Source: a virus
Taxonomy: Duplodnaviria; Caudoviricetes
IMG/VR virus record: IMGVR_UViG_3300017589_000117
Location: 1 to 59,708 of that record
Reading direction: 5' to 3' (one strand)
Length of the DNA: 59,708 bases
Shown: positions 47,099-56,933 of the stretch, one piece after another
Position numbering within the stretch: position 1 is the first letter of the stretch
Layout of the letters: each line of letters starts with the position of its first letter
Position numbers and translations under genes: made by a program
The notes under the pieces: model-generated
What the model was told of the DNA's origin: nothing
Seen by the model: only the letters and a program-made list of their open reading frames with translations
Databases searched by the model: none

Positions 47099-47551
47099 AT
47101 GATAGAGAAAGTTGAAAAAGAAGTTACAAGTGTTGTTCAATCGGGTTCAAAGATTCGTGTGTATTACAGAACATCAGATGGTAGAGATTGGAGTTCTGAA
47201 CATAATGCAATTAAGCATGAAGAAGATCTAGATTATGCTGGAAAATTATTAAAGATACAGAAAGTTGAACTGCCCAAGACTTGTTCAATAATGGATGATT
47301 ACACAACATGGTTCAAACCAAGAACTGAAGAAGAGTTAGAAGTAGTTAAGAGTTATCTTAATTTTAATAATTCTTATGTTGATGGTATTAGCTATAAACA
47401 ATTAGTTGTTGGTGAATGGGTAAGTGGTAAATGTGTGTTTGGTGGAGATTATTTCCCAGATGCGTATTCTATAATTACACTTAAAGATATACAGAAACAA
47501 ATTACTGATTTTAATAGAATGTTTAGTGTTGCTGATTTAAACAAGATCTAG
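47099..47551 (+). CDS. hypothetical protein
   Basis: RBS GAGGAG. Confidence 0.65.
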   Translation: MIEKVEKEVTSVVQSGSKIRVYYRTSDGRDWSSEHNAIKHEEDLDYAGKLLKIQKVELPKTCSIMDDYTTWFKPRTEEELEVVKSYLNFNNSYVDGISYKQLVVGEWVSGKCVFGGDYFPDAYSIITLKDIQKQITDFNRMFSVADLNKI

Positions 47552-47571
47552 TTCCTTAGGAGGTTAATTGA

Positions 47572-47865
47572 ATGAATAAGATATACTGCTTTTTAAACAC
47601 TGTTAACAATGAGAGTGGGGTTGCTTATGCAATAAGTGATACAGGGTTAGTTCTTGGAACTCATTGTTGTAGCGAAGATGCATATGTACCACATGATCTA
47701 GGTGTTGACGAAGGTGCTCGTCCTGACAGGCTTGAGACATATGCTAAGTATTTCCCAAATGGTTATGAAATGGAATTTATTCCTAATGACAGGGTTGAGA
47801 ATCATAGAGGATTACAAGAAGCCATTAAGAAAAATCAAGAAATGTGTTGTAAGAATGGTGATTGA
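47572..47865 (+). CDS. hypothetical phage protein
   Basis: RBS AGGAGG; GTHCCS...HDLG. Confidence 0.65.
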   Translation: MNKIYCFLNTVNNESGVAYAISDTGLVLGTHCCSEDAYVPHDLGVDEGARPDRLETYAKYFPNGYEMEFIPNDRVENHRGLQEAIKKNQEMCCKNGD

Positions 47866-47932
47866 TGTAAAACATAATTATTCAAAGTTACCAACAGTAC
47901 AAGTTGTTGACTGTACTGAAGAGAGGTGCAAA

Positions 47933-48115
47933 ATGAAAGTTATTGAAAACGTTGATGAAATGTTGGAGGAGATAGAAGAAATCTTTCAGTCAACTATGTA
48001 TGCTGGATATAATCCATATGGTATGGAGAAGTATCAACATGAACATAGAGGTGTTGAGAGAGCATATGAGATTGTCAAAAAGTATGTAAAAGATGATTCA
48101 GGAGAAAGCAAATGA
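47933..48115 (+). CDS. small hypothetical protein
   Basis: Start moved to the ATG after GAGGTG. Confidence 0.6.
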   Translation: MKVIENVDEMLEEIEEIFQSTMYAGYNPYGMEKYQHEHRGVERAYEIVKKYVKDDSGESK

Positions 48116-48471
48116 GAATTGACTGCAGCATAACAGAGAACTTTTTTAAAGAGTGGGAAAGATACTGTGCCATACAGCCAGCCTGTAACCATTGTGGGCA
48201 AGATGACTCATGTCCAGTCAGAGTAAGCAAAGCAAATCAATTTAACAGATTAAGTAAATTTGTTGAAGAAATTCAAGCATGGTCAGATGAGAATCCGCAA
48301 AAAACATATCTGGAAGACCTGCTTGAAAAATATCCAGAGATTGAATTAAATGACGAAGGCGTACCAATATTTTGTCCAAGTTTGCTAGGGTATCAACAAG
48401 AAGTATGTCCATCTGGTTACTGCAATGTTCGTACAGACTGTTGGAATAAGGTCTTGAAGGAGAAGAAATGA
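48112..48471 (+). CDS. Cys-rich hypothetical phage protein
   Basis: WSDENPQKTYLEDLLEKYP...C...CWN. Confidence 0.65.
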   Translation: MRIDCSITENFFKEWERYCAIQPACNHCGQDDSCPVRVSKANQFNRLSKFVEEIQAWSDENPQKTYLEDLLEKYPEIELNDEGVPIFCPSLLGYQQEVCPSGYCNVRTDCWNKVLKEKK

Positions 48472-49196
48472 AAGTTTTTATTGACACAGAGTTTACAGAA
48501 TTAACACAGGATGCTAAATTAATTAGTATTGGAATGGTCTCAAGTAACGGAGCATTGTTTTATGCAGAACTGAACGATGTTGATTACAGCAAGACAGATC
48601 AATGGATTCAAGATAATGTTGTAAAGAATTTAAAATTCAACGACTACAGTATTCATTCCATTACATATGTTGATACTAACTATTCTACTTTTATGAAAGG
48701 CTCCTCAGAAGATGTTGTAAAAGAGATGGAAATATGGTTTAAGAGACTAATCTCAGATAATTACTTAGCTGAGTCAACAAAGATTCAAATTTGGTCTGAC
48801 TGCCTGGCATATGATTGGGTTCTTTTCTGTAATCTGTATGGCGGTGCTTTAAATCTTCCATCATTCATTTACTATATCCCATTTGACATCTGTACAATGC
48901 TAGAACTTTCAGCTAATGATCCAGATATCTCAAGAGAAGGTCTTATCCTGAAATCAGTTGTTGATGGTGTTGTTACTTATCTTAGTGGGTATGCTGATTT
49001 TGATGACAATAAGCACAATGCTTTATATGATGCTTGTATTATTAAAGAGTGTCATGATAAATTATTTTGGAACTTTGCTGAATGTCCTAAAGAGTGTGTC
49101 ATAAGTGATCTTTTGAGTACAGATGAGATTCTTGAAGAGATTGATAAGTTAAAAGTTGGAGAAAAGTTGCATATTATAAGGGAGTTGGAAGATTGA
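48468..49196 (+). CDS. DEDDh 3'-5' exoribonuclease (Rv2179c/RNase AS-like)
   Basis: FIDTEFT, LISIG, AYDWVLF, HNALYDA. Confidence 0.85.
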   Translation: MKVFIDTEFTELTQDAKLISIGMVSSNGALFYAELNDVDYSKTDQWIQDNVVKNLKFNDYSIHSITYVDTNYSTFMKGSSEDVVKEMEIWFKRLISDNYLAESTKIQIWSDCLAYDWVLFCNLYGGALNLPSFIYYIPFDICTMLELSANDPDISREGLILKSVVDGVVTYLSGYADFDDNKHNALYDACIIKECHDKLFWNFAECPKECVISDLLSTDEILEEIDKLKVGEKLHIIRELED

Positions 49197-49221
49197 AAGT
49201 TGAATGTCCTAAGGAGAAGTA

Positions 49222-49896
49222 ATGGAAGTATACAAGATATTATGTAAAACTAATAAAAAGATTTACATTGGCAGTTCAATTTATAATAAAGAACATAGAT
49301 GGAACAATCTTAGAAGTGGTCATCTGTGTTGTGCTATCAATAATAATGATAAGAGACCATTATATCAAGATATTAGGAATTATGGTGCTGAAGACTTTGT
49401 ATTAACGACTTTAGAAGTTCTGGATGAAGGTTCTCAGTATGATATTCAGGTATTAGAAGATAAATGGATAAAAAAGTTCTGGGACGAATCAAATGGACTA
49501 ATGATGTATAACGCAATGAGGTCAGCATGGAATGATACAAAATTATTACATACCAGAGAAGTCGTTGAGAAACAACTAATAACAAATAAAAGAAACAATG
49601 GTGGCATTCTAGCATACAATACTGTTGAATCAAGAATAAAGAACGATTTTGTTAGATCAAAGAAGTTTATAATAAATGAAAAGGTGTTAGCAGTATCAAT
49701 AGGTGGTTTATTTAATATCCTTATAGAACTTGGTTATAATGTTACTCATCGTCAAGTATCATCTCTAGCAAGTAACTCAGGAATTAATTATAAAGTCTTA
49801 AACGCTTATCCAGAATTATGTTTAAGTAATCCAGATTGTATCTTTAGAGAAATAAATAATGAAGAATTTTATAAACTAAGAGGAGAAATTGAATGA
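49222..49896 (+). mobile_element. free-standing GIY-YIG homing endonuclease
   Basis: MEVYKI...KIYIGSS...R; paralogue of 7794..8588. Confidence 0.85.
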
Positions 49897-50087
49897 ATAT
49901 TAAATTTAGTAATCTTAAATGGGAAAGTGACTACAACGGATATGAAGTTGGATTCCCTGATGTACCTGTAGTTGGAATGTATTCAACAGTACAAGAGTTG
50001 AATCCTGGTGAACGACAAGAGCTTAATTTATACATAAATACAGAAAATGGTCAAATCCTAGAATGGTGGTTAGAAAGCATATGTTAG
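49893..50087 (+). CDS. small hypothetical protein
   Basis: RBS GAGGAG, ATGA overlap. Confidence 0.6.
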   Translation: MNIKFSNLKWESDYNGYEVGFPDVPVVGMYSTVQELNPGERQELNLYINTENGQILEWWLESIC

Positions 50088-50410
50088 TAAATATTTCAAA
50101 AGTTAGTTTGAAGGATCAGAGCGATGTAAAGAAGTTGTATGCAACAACAGTTTTAATGTCTGCATCAATTGTGTACGATGGTGTTGAAGATGAGACAATG
50201 ACAAATGAATCGGTGTTACATCACTTAGAAATTTTAAAGTGCTCAATAATGATGTTAGAGTCTGCAATTAACATTGATGAAACAATGAAAGAACCAAGTC
50301 CAGCAGAACCAAAATTACCTAAAATTGGTGACGTATACTATGATGAGAAGACTGGGAAACTTCATGAGTTCAATGGTAAGTTCTGGACTGTCACTGAAGC
50401 TGAAGTTTAA
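50081..50410 (+). CDS. hypothetical protein
   Basis: ORF track; likely ATG 50081. Confidence 0.55.
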   Translation: MLVNISKVSLKDQSDVKKLYATTVLMSASIVYDGVEDETMTNESVLHHLEILKCSIMMLESAINIDETMKEPSPAEPKLPKIGDVYYDEKTGKLHEFNGKFWTVTEAEV

Positions 50411-50423
50411 AGGAGGAAGAATA

Positions 50424-50735
50424 ATGTTTTATGTAAAAAGTGTTAATGCTTTCAGATACTTAGTAGATCAATCACCAAAGTGGTTTGTTGATATTCTGGA
50501 GAATGGAAGTTCTTTTGAGGACACCTTATTTTATGAAGTAAAAGAGTGTTCAAATGAGATTCATAGTGTAAGATGGTGTGCAATAAAAGAAACAGATAAG
50601 AATGGAAGATGGACAGGCAAATCAGTTGGAGTCTGTAATCCTGGAGATTATATAATATTGGACAGTAATGGCAAAGTTTTCACGATGCATACAAAAGAGT
50701 TCAAGTCAGAATTTGATGTTTACTCAGACGAATAA
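50424..50735 (+). CDS. hypothetical phage protein (PGDYII motif)
   Basis: ATG 50424 after AAGGAGG; PGDYII...F...F. Confidence 0.65.
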   Translation: MFYVKSVNAFRYLVDQSPKWFVDILENGSSFEDTLFYEVKECSNEIHSVRWCAIKETDKNGRWTGKSVGVCNPGDYIILDSNGKVFTMHTKEFKSEFDVYSDE

Positions 50736-50753
50736 CGTTGTTAACTTTGTAAG
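50715..50753 (+). promoter_or_regulatory. phage promoter motif
   Basis: GATGTTT-N14-CGTTGTTAACTTTGTAAG plus TAAGTA/TACTTA hairpin. Confidence 0.8.
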
Positions 50754-50778
50754 TAAAAATACTTAAGGAGGTTAACAA

Positions 50779-51042
50779 ATGTTAGAGGATGAAGCAACAA
50801 TTAATTATTTAAAATTGTTTATGGAGAACAACGGAATTACATTTGATGATGAATTTGATATCTTGTGGTCTGAAAGAAATAAGGTTATCAAACAGAGATG
50901 TCGATTCCGTTGTGGTGTTGGTAACCATGAACAAAGCATTGTTTTAAATGATCAACATGGTAATGATTTAGAAGATGACATTAACAGATTATTACAGTGT
51001 CAACTTTCAGTTTCAAATATAAGGATAAGAGGGATAAGATAA
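50779..51042 (+). CDS. hypothetical protein
   Basis: RBS AAGGAGG. Confidence 0.65.
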   Translation: MLEDEATINYLKLFMENNGITFDDEFDILWSERNKVIKQRCRFRCGVGNHEQSIVLNDQHGNDLEDDINRLLQCQLSVSNIRIRGIR

Positions 51043-51275
51043 TGGCTAATTTATATTTAATTTCAACAAGCAGTCTTGAGAACGCTTCAATTACTGCTAA
51101 AGAGATGGGTCTTTCAAATGATGAATGGGTTTGGATTACAACAATGAATTATGATGAAAGAATGAGAAGTACTCTTGGGAGAAAAGTTCCAGACAGTAAA
51201 TATCTGGTTGGTCCATTTAATGGTTCTGAAACATTCTATCTTCTTAATAATACGGAAAGTGAAAGTGTACTCTAG
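51042..51275 (+). CDS. hypothetical protein
   Basis: TAATG coupling. Confidence 0.6.
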   Translation: MANLYLISTSSLENASITAKEMGLSNDEWVWITTMNYDERMRSTLGRKVPDSKYLVGPFNGSETFYLLNNTESESVL

Positions 51276-51285
51276 GAGGTATGTA

Positions 51286-51435
51286 ATGACTGTTGGAGAA
51301 TTAAAAGCATTCTTAAAAACTGTTCCTAATGGATACAAAATTATTCTTCATGACCATTATTTTCAGGAAGATAAAGAACTTAGTACTGCAAATCTTGAGG
51401 TTCATGAAGATTTAAAAGAGGTGGAAATACGATGA
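51286..51435 (+). CDS. small hypothetical protein (MTVGELK type)
   Basis: ATG 51286 after AGGAGG. Confidence 0.65.
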   Translation: MTVGELKAFLKTVPNGYKIILHDHYFQEDKELSTANLEVHEDLKEVEIR

Positions 51436-52385
51436 ATAAGAAAATAATAGATGGGAGAGAAAGATACAAGATGAAATTTAAAATTGGAGATGTTGTTACA
51501 GGTCGTCGCAATAATCCTGATTTAGCTTGTGCTAATGTTAGAAAAGGGATAGTAACAGATGTTGTTGATAGTTCTTGTGTTGGAGACGTTGGAACATACA
51601 TAATAAGAGTTGTTGAGTCATACTGTACAGGTGCCAGCAGTCAGATTGGAGAAACATTCACTGGGTGTAGAGGTAAAGATTATGAACTTTATACTGGAAG
51701 TCTTATAGAGTCAGCAACATTAAAAACTGTCGCTGCTAAGGCTTTAAAGTTTAAAGTTGGAGATTATGTCTGTGGTACTAATCGTGGATATGTTGCTACT
51801 TCTGTAAATGCTGATATGGTAAAAGGAGTGGTAACTGATGTTCATAGTGTTTCTAATAGACCTGACAAAACATTTCCAGATGACTTTTTAACTATAAAAG
51901 TTTTAGAACATAGAGTTCATAAAGAATTTGAAGGGTCTGAGATTCAAATGTGCCTCCCAATAAATTACAGATTAATTGATCCAGATCTCACCGATATTGT
52001 ATCTGATTTAAAATGGACTAATACTTATGTGTTCCCAATAATGAAGAAGCTGTTACAAGGTGAGATGGCTTACATTGTTAGTAAGGATGGTACACTAAAT
52101 GGATGGTATCAGAAGTTAAGAGACAGAGAAGCTAAATCTGTAAGTTATTATAAAATATCTGGGTCTAATGTTGTTAAGCACTTAGATGCATCTGAGACTG
52201 ACACCCACAATAATTCAAGTATACAGATCTTACTAACTGTCACTAGTCCAGAGAAAGTTGTAAAATTTATATCTTCTGGGTTTAGAGATGAAAGCTGTGT
52301 TGATAATACCTCTAATTATGGGTTACTCGAAGAGATAAGATGTCATGAAGAAGCTATCAACATATTAAAGAGTAAGCTGAAGTAA
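51432..52385 (+). CDS. hypothetical protein with two tandem SH3/KOW-like repeats
   Basis: KFKIGDVV...KGIVTDV and KFKVGDYV...KGVVTDV. Confidence 0.65.
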   Translation: MNKKIIDGRERYKMKFKIGDVVTGRRNNPDLACANVRKGIVTDVVDSSCVGDVGTYIIRVVESYCTGASSQIGETFTGCRGKDYELYTGSLIESATLKTVAAKALKFKVGDYVCGTNRGYVATSVNADMVKGVVTDVHSVSNRPDKTFPDDFLTIKVLEHRVHKEFEGSEIQMCLPINYRLIDPDLTDIVSDLKWTNTYVFPIMKKLLQGEMAYIVSKDGTLNGWYQKLRDREAKSVSYYKISGSNVVKHLDASETDTHNNSSIQILLTVTSPEKVVKFISSGFRDESCVDNTSNYGLLEEIRCHEEAINILKSKLK

Positions 52386-52386
52386 A

Positions 52387-52611
52387 ATGGAAGAAGTCAA
52401 AGCTTATAAATGTGATTTCTGTGGCGAGATTATGTCGAAGAAAAAGAAAATGATTAAACATGAAGAGTCTAAATGCAAGTATAAACCAGTCTGTAGAAAT
52501 TGTGATTACAGCGATGAAGAAATGTCATTTTGTAGCAAGAGTCTTCATGTAGAGACTGGTTTAGATTATGGATCACCAGAGTATTGCAGTTCATTTGACA
52601 GGAGGTTTTAA
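52387..52611 (+). CDS. zinc-finger protein
   Basis: CDFC...HE..C...C..C. Confidence 0.65.
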   Translation: MEEVKAYKCDFCGEIMSKKKKMIKHEESKCKYKPVCRNCDYSDEEMSFCSKSLHVETGLDYGSPEYCSSFDRRF

Positions 52612-52614
52612 TAG

Positions 52615-52923
52615 ATGAAAGTCTTAAATACGAATGGAATTGGTGGAAAATATGTACAGGTAGAGCGTTGCAGAAATGCAATCTCTTCTTACGTTGGGAG
52701 TCCTGATGGTGGTTATTTTAGGAGATCTGATAGAACATTAGAAAAATATGATGAGTGGAAAAATTTATCACTAATAAAAAGACTTAGCTGTAAACATATC
52801 TATCAAGTTGATGAGACTTGTAAAATTCCAATCACTTATTATGTTGGCTCTGGGTATCGTGTATTTAAAAGAAAAATATGTAATACTTGTGGGAAACCGT
52901 TAAGTGGCTGGGTAGAAAAATAA
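52615..52923 (+). CDS. zinc-ribbon hypothetical protein
   Basis: KRLSCKH...CNTCGKPL; paralogue of 54308..54589. Confidence 0.6.
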   Translation: MKVLNTNGIGGKYVQVERCRNAISSYVGSPDGGYFRRSDRTLEKYDEWKNLSLIKRLSCKHIYQVDETCKIPITYYVGSGYRVFKRKICNTCGKPLSGWVEK

Positions 52924-52948
52924 ATTAAACTTAGAAGGAGGAAGAATT

Positions 52949-53254
52949 ATGTGTAAGTACTGTGAAATGATTAAAGAGAAGAACTTCTCTGACCCGATGG
53001 AAGGAGATCTTAGAATATGGTGGGTTCCACAATTTCCATGTGATCAGTTCTACTGGCCAATTTCTAATGCTCTTGAAGGAAAACATGTTCTAGATATGCT
53101 AGCAATGTATGATATCTTTCAGTTTGAACATAAGATTAAGCCTGATTATTCTAATACAGGTGGTCTTGAAGTCTTTGAAGATGGTGAGTGGTGCGACTGG
53201 CAAAACGAGGATGGAGATAGTATCTATGATGTAGACTTTATTGATGCTTTATGA
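52949..53254 (+). CDS. P22 gp17-like (superinfection-exclusion-associated) protein
   Basis: LRIWWVPQ...LAMYD.FQ...IKPDYSNTGGL...W.DW motif. Confidence 0.7.
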   Translation: MCKYCEMIKEKNFSDPMEGDLRIWWVPQFPCDQFYWPISNALEGKHVLDMLAMYDIFQFEHKIKPDYSNTGGLEVFEDGEWCDWQNEDGDSIYDVDFIDAL

Positions 53255-53502
53255 GCATAAGAAGTGAGATTTTAGATTATTGTTCTAGATATAGATATGT
53301 AACATTAGAACATGTTGAGATTGCACAGTTCATTTATAAGTTAATAACTGATAAAGACACTGAGTCAATAGAAGATATTAAAGGATGTCCAGGACAATTC
53401 AGCACTAGTGGGAAATATGATAAACTCTGTAAAGATCTCCAAGAAGATGAATTTAATAAAAGATTGTGTAAGAGATGCTGGACAAAAGCATTAGATATTT
53501 GA
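53251..53502 (+). CDS. hypothetical protein
   Basis: CP...C...CKRCW. Confidence 0.55.
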   Translation: MSIRSEILDYCSRYRYVTLEHVEIAQFIYKLITDKDTESIEDIKGCPGQFSTSGKYDKLCKDLQEDEFNKRLCKRCWTKALDI

Positions 53503-53516
53503 GAAAGAGGTTAAGT

Positions 53517-53669
53517 GTGAAGAAGTCAAATTTTCAGATAATTCTTGAACTTGAACAAGAACTATTATCAAAATCAGAAGAGATAAAAGACCTTAAAGCA
53601 GAAGTTGAGGATCTCAAGAATAAGATTCAGAGAATTGAATTCTATGGAAGATCAGAAGAAAGGAAATGA
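53517..53669 (+). CDS. small coiled-coil protein
   Basis: GTG after AGAGG; heptad pattern. Confidence 0.55.
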   Translation: MKKSNFQIILELEQELLSKSEEIKDLKAEVEDLKNKIQRIEFYGRSEERK

Positions 53670-54049
53670 AAATGAGTAATAAGAATAGAACTGATTTTAT
53701 TGTTTTAATCTTGATAATAATTGTATTGTTATCAGGAGCTGTATTAATGTCTGGTTGTCAGGTCGATGAGAATGTCGTAAACCAGAAGTTAATTGTTGGT
53801 AAGTGGGAACTTGAAGATCCTGGTGGATATGACATGAAGTGGGACTTTACGGATGAAGGCACTTTCACTTTCTTTGATGCATATGGTGATGAGACTTTCA
53901 GAGGATGGTATACTTTAAATGATGGAAAACTGGAATTAGAGTTTAGTAATGACTCTTCTACAGGGGATTATGTCTGTTCCTTCAATAGTAATGTTATGAC
54001 TCTTGAAGGTATTGACTATGTTAAAGTGGATTATTTTTCAGAAGTTTAG
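53666..54049 (+). CDS. lipoprotein (lipocalin-like beta domain)
   Basis: Signal peptide with lipobox LMSGC; LIVGKW...F...GTF...G.Y. Confidence 0.75.
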   Translation: MKMSNKNRTDFIVLILIIIVLLSGAVLMSGCQVDENVVNQKLIVGKWELEDPGGYDMKWDFTDEGTFTFFDAYGDETFRGWYTLNDGKLELEFSNDSSTGDYVCSFNSNVMTLEGIDYVKVDYFSEV

Positions 54050-54076
54050 CTGTATTAGCGTTGTTAGTTATGTAAG
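54038..54076 (+). promoter_or_regulatory. phage promoter motif (upstream element degenerate)
   Basis: CGTTGTTAGTTATGTAAG plus TAAGTA/TACTTA hairpin. Confidence 0.65.
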
Positions 54077-54107
54077 TACAAAATACTTAAGTAACAGGAG
54101 ATGTAAG

Positions 54108-54296
54108 ATGAAATTAAAGAAATGCACTCGTTGTGGTAAATCTGCAAAACGGAAGTTCAGAGGAGTTATATTATGCACAGATTGTGTAAGAGCAGTAAAG
54201 AAAGTAAAAGCTAAATATGTTCTTGGTGAAGTTTTAATTGGAAGCTTTGGACAAGGTGTTCCAGTCTATACTGATGTACTACACAAATTAAAATAA
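54108..54296 (+). CDS. small zinc-finger protein
   Basis: ATG after AGGAG; CTRC...CTDC. Confidence 0.65.
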   Translation: MKLKKCTRCGKSAKRKFRGVILCTDCVRAVKKVKAKYVLGEVLIGSFGQGVPVYTDVLHKLK

Positions 54297-54307
54297 GGAG
54301 GAGTAAG

Positions 54308-54589
54308 ATGAAGATTATATTACCACAATACAGAGAGAACTTTCTTGGATTAAGTGGGAAGATAAGATTAAAGCGTGGATATCCATGGACTAATCTTGAA
54401 AAAGAAGATACTGCATTATACTACGGAAAATGGAGAATGATGCCATTTCTGAAAAAGTTGAGATGTAAGCATGATCTTAATGCAGATACTGAACAGTACC
54501 AGACTGGTGGTGGTTGGATGTCTGACAACTGGCATAGAACTGTTTGTTTAGAATGTGGAAAGCCTTTAACTAAGTGGTTAGTGGGATAG
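54308..54589 (+). CDS. zinc-ribbon hypothetical protein
   Basis: KKLRCKH...CLECGKPL. Confidence 0.65.
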   Translation: MKIILPQYRENFLGLSGKIRLKRGYPWTNLEKEDTALYYGKWRMMPFLKKLRCKHDLNADTEQYQTGGGWMSDNWHRTVCLECGKPLTKWLVG

Positions 54590-54780
54590 AAAGAGAGTGG
54601 TGCCTGAAATTGAAGGAAACAGAATATCAAGAGATACAAAATCGTTTACGAAATAAACTCCATGACAATAGCTATACTGGGAATAAACGTGAGATCTACC
54701 AGAATGGTATTAAGTCAGCCATGTCAATTGTAAAAGAGCTTTATGAAAAGTACCAGAATTCTGAGGAGGTCACAAATTGA
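54574..54780 (+). CDS. small hypothetical protein
   Basis: ORF track; true start uncertain. Confidence 0.5.
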   Translation: MVSGIEREWCLKLKETEYQEIQNRLRNKLHDNSYTGNKREIYQNGIKSAMSIVKELYEKYQNSEEVTN

Positions 54781-55130
54781 GACATAATAAGCTTAGAGTA
54801 AAATGGAATTTAGCAGATTGGATTGTAGTTATTACAAGTGTCATATTAATAATATTATTTATGTTATTCCCAATCGGAAGTAACAGTGTTGATGCAAGCA
54901 GTCCTGATAGTAATCGATTTGAAGTTGTGCAAGGTACTGTCTATGGTGTAAATGAGAGAGATACATATCTTGTCGTTGATACTATCACAAGAGTTCAATA
55001 TCTTTATTTAGTAGGAAGGCAATCAGTCAGTATGACAGCTTTACTTGGATCTGATGGAAAGCCAATATTATTTGAAGGTGACATTACAAAATATGAAAAT
55101 GCTGATCACTCATTTGATTGGTTCTTTTAA
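54777..55130 (+). CDS. membrane-anchored DUF6440-like protein
   Basis: N-terminal TM helix; RF...VVDTITRVQYL...MTALLGSDGKP. Confidence 0.7.
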   Translation: MRHNKLRVKWNLADWIVVITSVILIILFMLFPIGSNSVDASSPDSNRFEVVQGTVYGVNERDTYLVVDTITRVQYLYLVGRQSVSMTALLGSDGKPILFEGDITKYENADHSFDWFF

Positions 55131-55150
55131 ATTGAAAGAGGTGAAATGGA

Positions 55151-55504
55151 ATGGAATATAATAATAAGATAGGTAAAGCTTTGGACAACAGAGATATTTT
55201 ACTTATTATTGGGAGTTACGTTATGTTGGTTAATAACAATAAGACTGTAATGACTGTTAATGAGATGTCTATGGGGTTGTTCGAATTAGTGCATTTTGGT
55301 TTTAAAACAAATCAAGAGATTTCAGATGAGATATTTAAAATGTATAATGTCAGATTACCTGTAAATCTTCTGGAAGAATTTGCTTTGTATACGACTATTG
55401 GTGGTGTTGTTCCATCTTTCAACTCTGTTGAGTATAGCTCTCTTGAAGAAACACCAACAGAAGAAGAAGGATTAAAGAAATCTGGTTTAAGACTAATAAA
55501 ATAA
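55151..55504 (+). CDS. hypothetical protein
   Basis: RBS GAGGTG. Confidence 0.6.
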   Translation: MEYNNKIGKALDNRDILLIIGSYVMLVNNNKTVMTVNEMSMGLFELVHFGFKTNQEISDEIFKMYNVRLPVNLLEEFALYTTIGGVVPSFNSVEYSSLEETPTEEEGLKKSGLRLIK

Positions 55505-55518
55505 GAATGGAGATCTAA

Positions 55519-56073
55519 ATGAGAAAAGTTGACTTAAGACATTTTGTTGAGAACAGAAGAGAAGAAGCTCTGGAAGCTGAGACAGCAAGATATAAGAAAG
55601 AGCTAAAAGATCATATTAACAATATCAAGGAAACATCTAATCTTGATATGTATGCCAAGAGAGTTACAGCACTTTTGACTGAATCAATACAAGTTGTAGA
55701 AGAGTGGAGAACTCTGGTAAATAAGGAATTTGGAATCCAGCTCTCTGATAGCTATGGCACTTTCCAGAAGTATATTGGCAATCACGTCTGTTCTTTAGCT
55801 TATTTTAAAGAAGAGCTAATGTATAATGAACTTGAAAATAAGACAGATAATAAAAGAGATTCAATAAGAACGTCTTATGAGAGAAATACTCAGAGCATAA
55901 AAGATAATTATCTTATAATTCTTGAGAATCTGTTGCTATTACCAACTGCAATCAAAGGTTTGGACTACCTGAAAGATGAAATTGGCTTTGATACTAGCAG
56001 TCTTGAAGCACCAGAACCGAAGATAACAGCTCTAGTTAAAAAGATTGACCTTTCATATATTAAGACACCATAA
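55519..56073 (+). CDS. hypothetical helical protein
   Basis: RBS GGAG; 184 aa. Confidence 0.65.
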   Translation: MRKVDLRHFVENRREEALEAETARYKKELKDHINNIKETSNLDMYAKRVTALLTESIQVVEEWRTLVNKEFGIQLSDSYGTFQKYIGNHVCSLAYFKEELMYNELENKTDNKRDSIRTSYERNTQSIKDNYLIILENLLLLPTAIKGLDYLKDEIGFDTSSLEAPEPKITALVKKIDLSYIKTP

Positions 56074-56084
56074 GGAGGAAAGAA

Positions 56085-56258
56085 ATGAGAACAAGAGAAG
56101 TTTCAGATGAGAACTATCTTCGTGAGATTGGAAGAAGAGTTACTAAAGCAGAAGAGAAGTCTGGTAAATACAAGGTTCTTCTTGAAGAGTCCGAGAAGGA
56201 TGTTAATAAACTTAAGATTCTGTTAGAAACAGAGAAAGGTAAGAGAAATGGGATGTGA
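56085..56258 (+). CDS. small coiled-coil protein (57 aa)
   Basis: Not in ORF track; RBS AAGGAGG. Confidence 0.6.
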   Translation: MRTREVSDENYLREIGRRVTKAEEKSGKYKVLLEESEKDVNKLKILLETEKGKRNGM

Positions 56259-56859
56259 TATACATTTACATGTCGAAGCACTTCAGAGTAGACTTCTTTT
56301 TAAGGATCCTACTCCTGATGATGAATGGTTGAATATTGACCACTTTAAAATCAACCATCATGAAAGAGAAGACAAAGAAAATCCTGAATACGAATTTGTT
56401 CCACTATATCGGGAACGTAACTACAGACTTTTTGGAATCTTAGCTAATGTCAGAAATTACAGAGAACTTAATGAATGTATAAGTCTTCCAAAAGGATTCC
56501 CTAAGGATGCAAGTTATGTTACAAAGAGTTTCATTACGCTTGATGATCACAGTTACAGCTATTTTACTTTACATGAGTTATTAGAATATTACAGGGACAA
56601 TATGCTAGTCTTGTGCTCAGGTTATGTTAGTCCTGCTAATGATAAAGTATTAAGCCTTGGTGGAGAACCATCATCTTGGTCTGAGGGATCAAATCTCCCT
56701 GGACATGTTTATCGAGAATGGACAGTTCAATCTCCATTATCAGATCTAATAACTAAAATTGTTGATAGAGCATTAGAAGCATTTTATGCATATGATGCTA
56801 AACAAGTAATTAACAAGTATTCTAAGTCAATTAGAATTGTCTTCTGGTTTGATAACTGA
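56248..56859 (+). CDS. conserved phage protein (MGCDIH...RNY..F..LA.VR...RIVFWFDN)
   Basis: Recognisable recurrent phage motif set; function unknown. Confidence 0.75.
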   Translation: MGCDIHLHVEALQSRLLFKDPTPDDEWLNIDHFKINHHEREDKENPEYEFVPLYRERNYRLFGILANVRNYRELNECISLPKGFPKDASYVTKSFITLDDHSYSYFTLHELLEYYRDNMLVLCSGYVSPANDKVLSLGGEPSSWSEGSNLPGHVYREWTVQSPLSDLITKIVDRALEAFYAYDAKQVINKYSKSIRIVFWFDN

Positions 56860-56933
56860 TGGGATCACTAATACTTTTAATAGTCGGCATTGTTGCACTT
56901 GCTGTTGTGGCATGGCATCGTTTGAGTTTATGA
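56859..56933 (+). CDS. 24-aa single-TM peptide
   Basis: MGSLILLIVGIVALAVVAWHRLSL; TGATG and ATGA overlaps with both neighbours. Confidence 0.45.
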   Translation: MGSLILLIVGIVALAVVAWHRLSL

